Assembly (NCBI GenBank): GCA_010093605.1
Contig: MU004183.1
Location: forward strand, 2,046,001-2,110,000
Reading direction: 5' to 3'
DNA: 64,000 bases
Origin: Lophium mytilinum
Taxonomy: Eukaryota
Positions 23,957-36,188 of this stretch are shown one piece after another. The notes beneath the pieces were generated by a model. It saw only the letters and a list, made by a program, of their open reading frames with translations, made no database searches and was not told the DNA's origin. Both the position numbers and the translations under genes were made by a program. The first letter of the stretch is position 1. Every line of letters starts with the position of its first letter.

Positions 23957-26001
23957 TCAGGAGGCGAAAAGAACTTTTCGCGGGTTCCCTAGCACGAGAC
24001 TACCACTGGTGCCCCGGGGCTGCTCGAACTCCATGCTATCCAACAGTCGATCCATTCCCCCAACATCAAGTTCACGACTTGACAGCTTCGATTGATCGCT
24101 CTTTAGTGTAAGCTCGTGTTCGTTCCGCTCTTTATCTGAGAAAATAGATCCAAGCGCCCCTGATGGTGCCGTTGTGCTCGTCTGAATGATTAACCTATGC
24201 TCTGCCACAACCAAAATATCACGCGGGATGGCCATCCGCGCGGCTGCAGTCGTGGTATCGAATTGCTGAATTGTAGTGACAGCTTCGCCGAGCAGGTTGA
24301 GGCCTTGGACCTTCACGAGCCCCGGGCCAAAGAGTGAACCGCCACCTCCCGTAGCACTTCGCGACCAGAATTGACCGAAATTAGGAATCCGATAGGTATC
24401 TGGACCATACCACAGGATGACTGATTCTTCCGGCACACCTCCAGTAGTGGAATGAAGGGCTTCGATTGTAATCCCACCGCGCGAGACACTGGGCTGGCTG
24501 GAAGTGGAGCCTTGGAAAAGACTTTCTTCTTTTGTTCGGCGTGTATTGGGCGTCATAGGTGCCAGACTAGAACGAGTGTTACGAGACTTGAGGCTAGAAG
24601 AGGTCGTTGGATGAGTGGATGAGGTGCCAATGAAACCACGGAGAGAGAACGTGGAAGGGTCGGCCGGAGGTTGAGGGCCTGATCTATCGAAGTCCCATAT
24701 TCCCCATTCACCATCAGCTAGAAGTGCAACGATGCTGCGCCCATCAGAAGCCCAAGAAGCGTCCAGAATACGCTTACGATGAGCGAGGCCGGGTACTGTG
24801 GGCGAGTAATTTTTGGGTACTTCAAAAGTGGTACTGAATGATGCCAGCCAGGCGCCAGTCTCTATATCTTCTTGACGAGAAGATCGGGAGCGCTTTTGTG
24901 GCGGAGCGAGTGGATCGTAGACTCTGACAATACCTGTGGGGTCCACCACCAGGAGCTGAGAATGCCGCCTCTTAGGATACTGCGCGGAACTGAAAGCTAT
25001 TCGCTCAGCTGGTGAGGTCAGATACTCAGTCCGATATGGTGTGACGGGCGGTCTGACGGCTATTCCACCTGGAGCAATGGGAAACCGCCATATGCGAAGA
25101 ATCCCACCACGTTCTCCGGAATGAGACGCAATCAAAAGACTCCACTTCTCTATATCGTCACCCGCTCTAGATCCCGATCGTGTCCGAGAGCGACGCCGAG
25201 ATGACCGAACCCGCGGAGTGGACTCCTCTTCCTCATTATCGTCCATATCTATATCCTCTGCCCAGTCATCTACTAAATCCTTTTGTGATGTCGAGGTCCA
25301 AGTCATTGAGATACCAGTTGGTATACTCTGGTGCCCATTCTTGATATCTATGATTTGCTCTCCCCATTTGGACTTGTTCTTAGTAGCGGGAGTTGCTTTG
25401 TTGGCGTGCGAAGGAGGGCTAAGAGGCAGGGTAATGATGCGGATGTCGTAGTCGACGCAGGCAACGGCAAAGACAATCTTATCGCTAAAGATCGGGGGCA
25501 TTGAGTCAGCCGGGCGTATCGGAGTGACTTCAGGGATCTTGGGGACCGCGATGTGAAGGACTTCGACGTTCAGAGCCAGGTCAATCTGTTGGATGAAAGT
25601 TGGGTATGGCGCTTCTGGGTCGAGCTCTTCAACCTCCTCTTCGAACTCTGTTTCGGCGGGTGTTTCGTCCTCGTCTGAATCATCGATGACCATAATCACG
25701 TCCTTGCCCGTGCCATTGACCTTTGCAGGCTTTGGCTGCTCTTTCGGCAGCGCAACGTGTTTCAGAGGTCGCCCACCCCTCCATATTATCCGAACCCCAT
25801 TTTCGTGGGCATAGATTATTACCGTCGAGCCATTCGGAGCTTTGACGGGATATATTTTCGCGTCGTAGATGCGGTGAGGGAGCTCGTAGCTGTGCGGAGG
25901 AGAGCTGTTAGCGACACATTCTTGAAGGCTTCGGGAGTTGAACTGAGAGGAACAAACCTCAGTTGAGCAGCTCTGCCAGAGCTCGACACCTGGGGCTTCA
26001 T
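23957..26001 (-). CDS. NUP37: Nucleoporin Nup37 (WD40-like, Y-complex)
   Basis: Exon 1 MKPQVSSSGRAAQL, intron 25957-25890, then YELPHRIYDAKIYPVKAPNGSTVIIYAHENGVRIIWRGG typical of filamentous fungal Nup37; LLADGEWGIWD. Confidence 0.8.
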
Positions 26002-26240
26002 CTCGCCTGCGCGACTCTCGGGCTTGTTGTTGTAGTGGTCGCGGGAGCGCGTCGTAGAATGTGGTGTTGTTGAAGGACGTCAAGCGGAGGTGAAGAGGCC
26101 CAGTTTAATTTGGACGAATTAACGCGTCTCCAGCGTTGTCCACGCGATTGTTTCCATAGAGGCCCCAGATCAATTCACGGCACCACTGCAAAGCCAGACG
26201 CTACCGCTGTCCTCCTCTCCATGTCACGACCAACGAATTC

Positions 26241-29200
26241 ATGGCATCGCTACGGTCGCTGGGCGTCCACAAGCCCTCCGCGCTCTCATATCTAGCAGCC
26301 GAATCGATCCTCTCCGAAGACACCACCGAAGAAGGATATACATGGGAAACATACAGCAGCGAGGAGTCGGGGCAAACCTTTGAAGATGAAGTAGTAACAA
26401 CCGACTGTTGTGTGGTGTGGTCTCGCGGCGGAGTAGTCCAGAAGGTCTTCAACTTTGAAATTGAACAAGAGAAGGTCGTCCAGGCCGTATTGACCTGGTT
26501 CCCTTCGGACGAGGTTCCAGCTACGGAGATAGAGGCCCATGGCGGGCTGGAGTCTGGTTCGGACGAGAAACTGAGAGCCTCCCTCACTCAAGGGACGCAG
26601 CCAGCCACAGATCCTAATAGCGACACTTCATACTCAAGACCCCCAGAAGGGCGTTCTCGAGCTCTAGTAGTCTTCCTCAAGTCTCAAGCTCATGTCTTCT
26701 TTCTCTCGGGATCTGCCCACATCGTCAACCTTCCTTTCGAGGTTGAGAAGGCGTTTCCAGCTCCACGAGGTCTTATTCTGCAACGAAAGATTCCCCAGGC
26801 CGAGATCGTTCCTCCTACACCAGTGATACCCGGCCCACCACAGAACTCCTTTCTCTATTCATCTCAGTCCTTCTCTCAACCAGGCCGAAGACCTGGATCC
26901 TTGCTTGGGGCCGGACAGAAGACGTCCAAGATTTTGAAGGCAGGATCGACGAATGCCCTATTCTTGGAGGACTTGATAAAAGGATCTTCCCTTCCGAACA
27001 CAAACGGCCTCCCTCGAATATTCTCTTTTACAGATCCACTGTCTGAGCTGGGCCTGGTCGTTAACGTTGTGACTCCTGCTACTCGTGGGTCTGTGTCTGT
27101 CAATGGATCTGGTCCTCGAAGGTTGGAACCGATCGAGAAATCAGAAGAAATTCTCTACGTTTCTCCACTGAACGAATTGGCTTTTGACAAATGTGTTGAA
27201 GATAAACCACTGATCTTAGTTGTCACTACAAACAATCAGACGAGCGGTTTCACCATTTGGACAGCTTCATACATCGAACCCAAATTGATCTCTGCTGCAA
27301 GACGCCACAATCCGACATTGCACAGCCACAAGCTTAGGCGGCGAAGTTCTTATGGGCCCACCGCTGCTGGAACCGGAACCACCACGCCTGCTCTCCGAGG
27401 GGCCAATAACGTGAGAGAAAGCTTTGGTGGAGCGAATAGGAGCAAACCAGTCCCTGCGTCGTTCAATGGGCGCGGAAGCCAAGAGAAGAAATCCTCAGAT
27501 CAAAATGCAGAAGATGCCCTCGCTTCTCAACTCGACCCTGATTTTGAGATATCACGGCAACCAAAGGAGTCTCGGCGTGTTAGCTCCCTCCTGTCAAGAG
27601 CTGAGCTCTCTACTAGTTTCGACAAGTCGGCATTCCAAGGTCTAGCCACCAAACGCACAAGCATAGGAGCAAGTTTTGTGGCAGGCACTCGTAGAGGACA
27701 ATCTATGGGAAGCTACAATGAGAGAGCTAGTTTCGGTGCTTCGCAAACGAGACATAGAGCGTCAACCCCAGGAAGTGTTTCCAGATTGAGCCTTGGTGGG
27801 GTGTCGGTAGATGACACACTGGAGGATATCATGGACGAAGACAGCTATGACACGCTCGAAGACTATGACGAACTTGAAGACTTGTTTTCTGGTGGGACAT
27901 ACGGGGGTCTTTACGAGCAAGAACCGATGAATGGGCTTAGAAAAGAAATGGTTATGAGCAAAGTAGGCGAAATATCAGCCGATGAGCTGGTCACACATAA
28001 TATTTCTATGTATGGCATTGGCGGTCAATCCAAGGTATGATATGCAACTTCGCCTATCGTTGATATGGATTCAGGAAAGTGCCAAAGTCTAATATCTCAC
28101 TTTACAGGGTTCTCTGAAAATATTCACGATGTCGGCTCCAGTAGATCCCACAGCGCTTCACGAGCGCAAGCTGTATATTCACATTATCAACAGCCCCTCG
28201 CAGAGCCACCTCGAATGCGAGCTATCTGTCTCACGGAAACGCCTGTCCACGCCTAGTTCGACAACTAGACAGAATGGGAAGAGCTTGCAACCACGCTATA
28301 TGTGCGTACCAGTACTCCAACATACGCGATGGCTAAGACCTTGCATCGACGCCATGAAACTCACAGATAATGGCACCGAACGAGTGTTATGTCTACTACA
28401 AGATGAAGCTGGCGAAACGTCACTCTCACTCCAAGCCGGCGGGGGTGAACAGCTACCTACAAAGCTCGCAATTGGCCCACTAAAGCTTTTCAATCCGTAC
28501 GAGATCATCAGCAACTCTCCGTCTTCTAGAAAATCGGCCGGGCTGAAGAGAACTCTAGGCGTACCACAAACGCTCCGAAAGTTAACAGCATCTACTTTCA
28601 ATGGATCTTTTGACATCCTGGATGGAGACTGGTGTAGGCACCGCTTTCAACTGCAACTCGCTCCACGGAACGAACTAGTGTCGATTTTCTTCGAAATGTG
28701 CTTGACCATTCTCCCCAACCATATAGCGGACTTTCTGCTTGGGATATGGTGGAGTGTTTGTAGAGGGTTCTCAAAAGATCAGACTTCAAATGTGGAATGG
28801 ACAGCATTGGTTGTTACTTTGTTCACACTTGCAGTTCCATTCATCGAAGACAATTCCATCAGGTTAACAGAGTCACCGAAAGATTCTCAGCGCTCCCACA
28901 AATCGCGCCATTCTTCTTCCGCGAGTAAGTCGTCCGAGTCTACCTCCGCTTGGGACGCAATGTGGGGTCGCGAAGCTGCTAGGCCGGTTTCAAAGAGCTG
29001 GCATACCTCCCCGTGGACTTGGCTCCAGGAATCCAAGTTCACTCCATCGACGAATTCGAGAAACCGACCCCCCGGTGGCTCCGCAACCATCTCTCAGCAA
29101 TCACGGGGCCGGAAAGATTTCATCGCGAACTGCGTCTCGCTTGCCCGCCAATTCAACCAAACACCAATCGGCCTTGCTGCAAACGATCATTGGAGACGAC

Positions 29201-32200
29201 TCTCCGCTACCGAGAATTCAGACATCCGATGCTCCTACCTCCCTCAGATACTCGTGGCACTTCACCTGTTACGGGAAGAGCAAAAACTCGATGTTCTGTA
29301 CATTGATCAACTCACGGCTGATGTTGGCAATCTTGCCCCAGTCCTTGCTCAACTTGGGCACTGGGTGCGATGGGATCTTTGGAGCTGGAAACGAGGCACC
29401 TACTATGACCTGGACGGAGCTGGAGTAGCGGAGTGGATTTTTGAAGACTGTAAGTAAACAAACATTATCTCAAACCACGCCGCGTGTGCATAGAAGACAA
29501 AGTCACAGCAGTGGAGCATGTCCACTGCCCACTTGAACCAAAATTGAAGCTGACTTGAGTAGCAAATTTGAACATTGAGACCTTTTCGCAGCCCTGGGAT
29601 GCACCGCCATCAATATATGAATGGCTAGGGAAAGCTATTCGCCCGGAACCCTGTTTACCATTCCCGACTCTCAGCTTGCTCATCAAGAAGCCAACACAAC
29701 CTTTGTACGGAGCTCAGGATATCGAGCACCGTATATCTGATATCACACCCCGGACAATCGCACTCGGGAATTACCTACGGAGCGTGCGAGATAGCCCCAG
29801 ATCACCCGCAGCCTCTATTGAGTTGATCGCGAAATCGGGCATAAGTGCAAGAATGCTAGACACACTCCCAGAAGCTGCTAAGGCGCCACTGCGGGAAGCT
29901 ATCGTCAGATGCAGAGCAAATCCGCCAACCACTTGGACATCTGATCTTCTAAAACTAGTCCAACGAGAAGATCTCGACATACGTGCCACGTCATCCGAGT
30001 CTATCGACACTCCGCAGGTCACTTTATCCAGCAATGCTCACCCGAATCCCTCTGGATTAAGGGATGTTCATACGATTTGTCAAATGGCCGAGCAGCCTGA
30101 GTCTCTTCTTCGATCCTCGGCTGAAATGGAGAGAGGCTTAATAACTAGGCTTATATTCAATGAGGATCGACGTTTTATGGAAGCGCTAATGCTGCTCGAA
30201 CCTCTTAGGCAAGCAGTTGCGGAGTGTACACCAGATAGCCGTTCGGATGAAACAGCAATCTTGGAAGCACAGAAGAACCTTATGCAATGGGTTATGGTCC
30301 GAACGTTTTCTCTTCCTACAGGTGGTGGTATGATTAAATTCGGCAACAAGAAGCCTCTTTTGACCGAGAAGTTCAATCTCTACGGCTTCACGACATCGTG
30401 CTTGATGAAACCAATGGGTAATGTAGTGACAGCAGATAGAACAAACTACTCCGAAGACAAATTCGGCTGGGCCTTCTTCCATGCAGGTGTCTCCGGAGGT
30501 GTCAGCATTTCTCGCGCTGCTCAAGGCATTGATACTTCTTGGATCATGTACAACAAACCCGCGGAGCTCTCAAACAAACACGCCGGGCTCTTGTTAGGAT
30601 TGGGTCTCAACGGTCATCTCAAAACGATCGCCAAATGGTTGTCATTCAAGTATTTGACCCCGAAGCACACCATGACATCGATTGGTCTCCTTCTTGGTTT
30701 AGCGGCATCTTACCTAGGAACGATGGACACTTTGGTAACGCGTCTGCTATCTGTTCATGTTACTCGAATGTTGCCTCCGGGTGCCGCGGAACTCAATCTT
30801 TCTCCATACACCCAGACCACTGGCCTTATGGGCATAGGATTGCTATACTACAACACTCAACATCGGCGTATGAGTGAGATCATGCTGTCCGAGATTGAGC
30901 ACGTCGATCATGTGGACCCATCAGAACCGCCAGATACCCTGCGCGACGAAGGGTACAGATTGGCAGCTGGTTTCGCCCTAGGATACATCAACTTAGGAAA
31001 AGGAAGAGATCTTAGAGGTCTTCATGACCTGCGACTAGTTGAACGGCTGTTAGCCGTCGCCGTGGGACCAAAACCTGTCGACATTGTCCATATACTGGAT
31101 CAAGCAACAGCCGGCGCTGTGATTGCAATAGCTCTCATCTTTATGAAGACGCATGATGAGTCCGTCGCCCGCAAAGTAGATATTCCGGACACTCTTCCGC
31201 AGTTCGACTACGTCCGACCGGATATCTTCCTCCTCAGGACTCTAGCCAAACATCTCATCCTGTGGGATAAGATCAAGGCAGAACACCGCTGGATGATTAA
31301 GAATCTACCTCCGGAATATCGGCATGATCATCAGCTGAAGGAGATCAAAGCACTCCGGAGCGACCACATGCCTTTCTTCAACATTATTGCTGGTCTTTTA
31401 TGGAGCATCAGTTTCAAATATGCCGGCAGTGGCGATACCCAGGCCCGGGATTTTCTAATCAAATATCTCGATCAGTTCATGCGCATATGTCGCTTACCAG
31501 CTTTGCGATATGACGCCAAACTCACAAGACATACAGTACGGAATTGTCAAGATCTGATAGCTCTCGCTGTCACTACTGTCATGGCTGGGACCGGAGATCT
31601 GAATGTCTTCCGCAGACTACGAGCACTGCACGGCCGTGTAGGCCCTGATACACCGTTCGGCTCCCATCTTGCCGGCCACATGTCGTTCGGTGCTCTCTTC
31701 CTCGCAGGCGGCACCCACACATTCAGCACCTCCAATCTATCCATCGCATCCCTAATGTGCTCCTTCTACCCTCTCTTCCCGATGGATGTCCTAGACAACA
31801 AAGCCCACCTTCAAGCCTTCCGCCACTTTTGGGTCCTAGCCGCCGAACCTCGCTGCGCCGTGATCCGCGACGTGGACACCCACCGCGCGATCTCGACCCC
31901 CATCATCGTCACTCTGAAAGACGGGTCCGAGAAATCCCTAGTCGCCCCAGCCCTCCTCCCCGAACTCGACATCATCTCTAGCATCCGCACTACCAGCACA
32001 GAGTTCTGGCCGGCGACACTCGACTTCGCAAACAACCCCATCCATCTTGCGGCGTTCAAGCACAGCCAGACAATACGTGTCCGGAAGCGGTCGGCGCACG
32101 ATATGCACGGCTCTACCTTCAGCGCTACTCTTGTCGCACTCAATGATGCTCAAGCTGCGCGCACGCAGCGGGTCATCTGGGATTGGCTGTTTGCGCTGCC

Positions 32201-32489
32201 CGCGCTAAGGGAGTTCGAGAAGCCAGATGTGGGATTGATCATTCCACTTGATGCGTTTAGTAGCGTGCATACGGAGATGAGCGGGACGGTGGTTGATGAG
32301 CGATTAATGCTACGCAAGCAGGCAGGTAGTTGGAGACGTGATGATTTGTGCGATCTGAGAGTACTGTTTGAATGGGCTGAGCGGGCTCAGAGCAGTGGGG
32401 GGAAACTGAGGTGGTTAGGGCGAGCTGTTGTGGAGAGGCTCAGGGCGGAGGTGATGGAGAGGGGGCGAGGGGTCGGAGAATCACTCTAA
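26241..32489 (+). CDS. APC1: Anaphase-promoting complex subunit 1 (BimE/Cut4)
   Basis: MASLRSLGVH N-terminus, PC repeats (WAFFHAGV, HAGLLLGLGLNGHL, EGYRLAAGFALG), HLQAFRHFWVLAAEPR; introns 28035-28107 and 29450-29562. Confidence 0.95.
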
Positions 32490-32857
32490 AGAGGCATTTA
32501 GTTCGTAATGATTGAAAGGTGTACGTCGGAACGCTTATGAGTAGGTAGAGCGAGGGATGCATAGCGTGGAAAAGTAACACAGTTGGTGCTCTTGTGTCAG
32601 AGATATAATCACAGTCTACATGAATTATTAATGACTTCGCTCACTGACGTGCAAGAAATTCTATTGGAGGGCCTGCTTTTAAATTGCGCCTAACCGCTTC
32701 AACCTGACATCAATCTACAGTTACAAAATACGAAATATGTAGAAAGTTCCGTTCAGACTTTTATAATACATAGGTAATTGGGCAGAGAGGGTATCGTACA
32801 AAAGAACTAGAACTTCTGACAAGCCCCGAACCATTCCCTTCAAAAACCATAACATTT

Positions 32858-33286
32858 TCAACCAACCAGAACCACAGTATCCCCAACACCCTTGCCATCC
32901 ATCTCACCATCCCTCAAATCACCTTTGCCCTCCTTCACATCATCCGTCACATCCTCTCTCTTCACCTCATCTTTCCCATTCCTACCCTCTCCCTGAAGCA
33001 GCCACTCGAAGACCCAGAAATTAGGTATATACCTCCCCGCCCGCCTCCGCTGGATAAGACATATCTTTGTCGCGCTGAGACCGAATTTTGTGATTGGTAT
33101 GATGCTGATCCTGACGACGCTAGAGATTGCCATTATAGTTAGGAGCTTGGAGCCCCAATATAGAGTTTGATTCGAAGCGCTCCTGACGTCAAGCTCTGTA
33201 GTTCGGGAGAACAGACCTCCGGAGGAGCACGCTTGAAGGTGGCGGGTGGGCGCGGGCCGAGAATGGGTGCTTTGGTTGTGGCCCAT
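32858..33286 (-). CDS. Possible orphan small protein (MGHNQST...)
   Basis: Open frame between APC1 and TYR1 with a hydrophobic segment; no recognisable motif. Confidence 0.25.
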   Translation of the reverse strand: MGHNQSTHSRPAPTRHLQACSSGGLFSRTTELDVRSASNQTLYWGSKLLTIMAISSVVRISIIPITKFGLSATKICLIQRRRAGRYIPNFWVFEWLLQGEGRNGKDEVKREDVTDDVKEGKGDLRDGEMDGKGVGDTVVLVG

Positions 33287-33776
33287 AATTAAAGCAGATT
33301 GGAGATAGAGTATTTGTAACGGACGAGTCGGATGGAAAAAGCGCTGATGATGGTGTGAGACTGGGCTTTGATGGTTTTTGGAGTGGTTCTGGGACGGGAA
33401 GAAAATGAGCGAGTTGCTGCCTAGTAAAGTGGGCGGGTTTGACTTCGTGTCACAGCGGAATGTGCGACCTGTCCAGAATCTCAACTAGGGCCAGATTATC
33501 TACTTCAATCTGATTGCAAGGTGGCCTTTTGAGCAAGTGACGTTGATGGTCTCAAATCAGAGAGCTTGGGAGGTTGTAATTGCCCTCCAACGCCACCCGA
33601 TTCCAAGTCGAATTTAACGCGAATCAGGAAGCAAAAAGCATTGAAATGGAGATATGACCTCCAAGTCTCGAGGCAAATTCATTTAATCCTATCTCTCTAA
33701 ACTCCAGGAGAAACCTATTTATTACCCGGAGCTCATACGCCAAACATTTACAGGAGGTTGGTGCCCCTAGAACCTC

Positions 33777-35714
33777 TCATTTCTCTTCGCTCGTCTTCTC
33801 AAGGATAGTCTTGATCATCTCATTGCCCAACTTTGTTGCTGCCGGGAATCTCGGCGCGAAGTACTCCTGGATCTCCTCGAATTTCTCTCTGTAGCCATCG
33901 AAGTGACCCATGCTCACGCGCGCGCTCCAGTCCTATCGAAGTCAGTACGCGGTTATAAATACAGAGCTATGGACATACTCGTGCTGCGAATGTAAACTCG
34001 AGGTCATCGGCGCGGAATGTGTTGTCATTGATCGCAGTATCGATACACTCTTCGAGGAGGTCGGGTTTGCGAAAGAGATACTCTGTAATCCCAAGCCACA
34101 TGCGGAATAGCTTTGAAGAGGTCAGCTTTTGAATAGAAGGGTATTGAAGAGCAGGGCTAACCGGAGTAGAGCATATCATGTGGTCATACGGCACGATTCC
34201 TAGCTTCCACCAACAATCCACCATCGCCAGCAAGCTTAGATGGTTGTTCTTCACACGCTGCTCGGGCTCGGGCAGCTCGCCCAGCGAGAACCTATCCAAA
34301 ACCTCGTCTTCCAACAAGAGATCATGGTCGTTATCGTCTTTGAATACAGCTGCGCCTGCCTTGTGGATGCGGTCTGCCAGTTCTTGACGATGTCCCCCGA
34401 GCATGAGCTTAAAGAGCTCTGTGACGGATTCCGCGTACTGCTTGATCTGCTTCTGCGCCGAAGGGTTTAGGATTGCTAGTCCAGCGTAGACGTGCCATTT
34501 GTTGGCGTAGATGCGTAGAGTAACGTTGATCTTTACGTTCTCGATGCCACCGAGATATCGAGGTATTTCCCACGGAAACTGCTTGTTGGCCATCCATGCG
34601 GCTCCCATGCTAACTCGTCTCAGTAAGCTGATTGATGATGGAGTAAGGCAACGTACCTAAGGAACGCTGCGTGGGTGACTGCCTGAGTGTCTGCGGTGAT
34701 ACGATCGTGTTGTGCGGCGGTCAAGTAGACGTGTTTTGAGTTCAGGCACGACAGCATGCGCTCTACCAATGCCAGGCTTTCATCGGAAGCTCTATGCTTG
34801 ATGAGAACCTAGGCAGAGTTAGCTTCGAATGGCAAGTTTGCATTCTTTTCCCTACCAGTGGCTGGCCTTTGGGGTCAACGCCGGGACCATGAAGAGAGTG
34901 GCAGGAGACAATGTGGACATCGCTAGGGAGATGCTGCTCGAAGGCTGCTATTTCGGGTGCCTTGCAAGATGTCTGGCCCCCGACAATAGCGCCAAGCTTC
35001 GTTGCTGTAAGACAATTTAGTGAAAGGAGCTTCTGATGCCTAATTCAGGGCATCATACAAGGTCCAAACATTCTCACAACAGCATCGATGTTCTTAGCTT
35101 CTACGCTGTAGATGATGTAGTCGCTACACCGTGACACGAGATGACCATTTGGCAAGATGTGGACGTTTGTCTGGAAATTGCTCTTCAGCGATTGTTCTGT
35201 CTATGAAGTATATACAAGTATCATCCTACTCTTCCAGCGAATTCTTTCTTCAACAGGTCCGCCTTCTCTGGGATGTCGCAAGCGTTGACTCTAAACGCGC
35301 GAGTTGTTAGTTCGGGTTCGAGGGAGGGGAGGTAATGCCTAATCTTTACGGGTACGGTTAGCTTGCGTTCGCAAATGTAATATGAGTGAGAATGAGGAGC
35401 TATGAACAACGTTCAGACAAAAACTGTATTAAGGTAGCTGAGAATTTACATCATCGACAACCCGCCTCCAATCTTCAAAGCCAGAACGGCAGGGAAAACG
35501 GAAAGCAAGTCGTACTCGAGCCAAATGCACTCAAGTCATCATTAAAGGGAAGAAGGTGAAGAAGGAATGTAGTACTTACTCAAGCGTTGTGCACCCTAGA
35601 GGACAGCAATCTCGTAAGTGATTCGTACCTCCAGCCAGCGTCGCTGATCCTCCGAGCGTACATCTTCCCCATGTCGCCCATGCCTATAATGCCTACCGAC
35701 TTCCCCTCCGCCAT
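33777..35714 (-). CDS. TYR1: Prephenate dehydrogenase (NADP+)
   Basis: Rossmann VGIIGMGDMGKMYA, GAIVGGQTSCK, HDRITADTQAVTHAAFLSMG, YLGGIENVK, WHVYAGLAI, NNHLSLLAMVDCW; several introns including a 338-nt first intron (35628-35291). Confidence 0.95.
35410..35547 (-). ncRNA. snR13: Box C/D snoRNA, snR13 (SNORD15-type) homologue, intronic in TYR1
   Basis: Box C ATGATGA (35542-35536), guide GTGCATTTGGCTCGAG, second element CTCAGCTACCTTAA, box D CTGA (35416-35413); both elements complementary to LSU rRNA TTAAGGTAGCCAAATGC; layout matches yeast snR13 as remembered. Confidence 0.88.
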
Positions 35715-36188
35715 TTTCAGTTGCGTAGGAGGCAATTGCCGTCCAGTCTGTGAAACGGGTAGGGGAAAAGGTGGTGGATGAGAGTCAGAGCGAACGGCGC
35801 TTTGTCGAAATTTAACCAGAGGGTTAGCTTGGCAGCGCTTGGCCTAATGCGGAATAGCGCCATATCGCAAAACCGAGCACCTTCGACTTTTCTTTGCCTC
35901 CACTCGACAGGTTGTAAAGAACACACCAAAAGCTAGAAGAACCCTTAGTAACTTGATCTCATAGGACTATCTAGTCTGGCAGATAGAGCCGTTTTGAAAT
36001 ACCTTGACGAGGACGAAAAGCGCTCATCATTCACCACTCACCCTCGAGGCATCAAATGGCTGCTATTATTAATCCGAAGCTATAGATCATCCTCAACCGT
36101 CGAGAATCCCTTTCGCTCCCTTTATCAAACGTTTGACAGTGTCCCCTTTCCTAAACTCAAAATTCCCGCTCTTAGTGGCAAGTGCACA

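Noticed and set aside
29508..29530. GCAGTGGA/TCCACTGC hairpin in APC1 intron 2
   Set aside because: An 8-bp stem is expected by chance and has no other support
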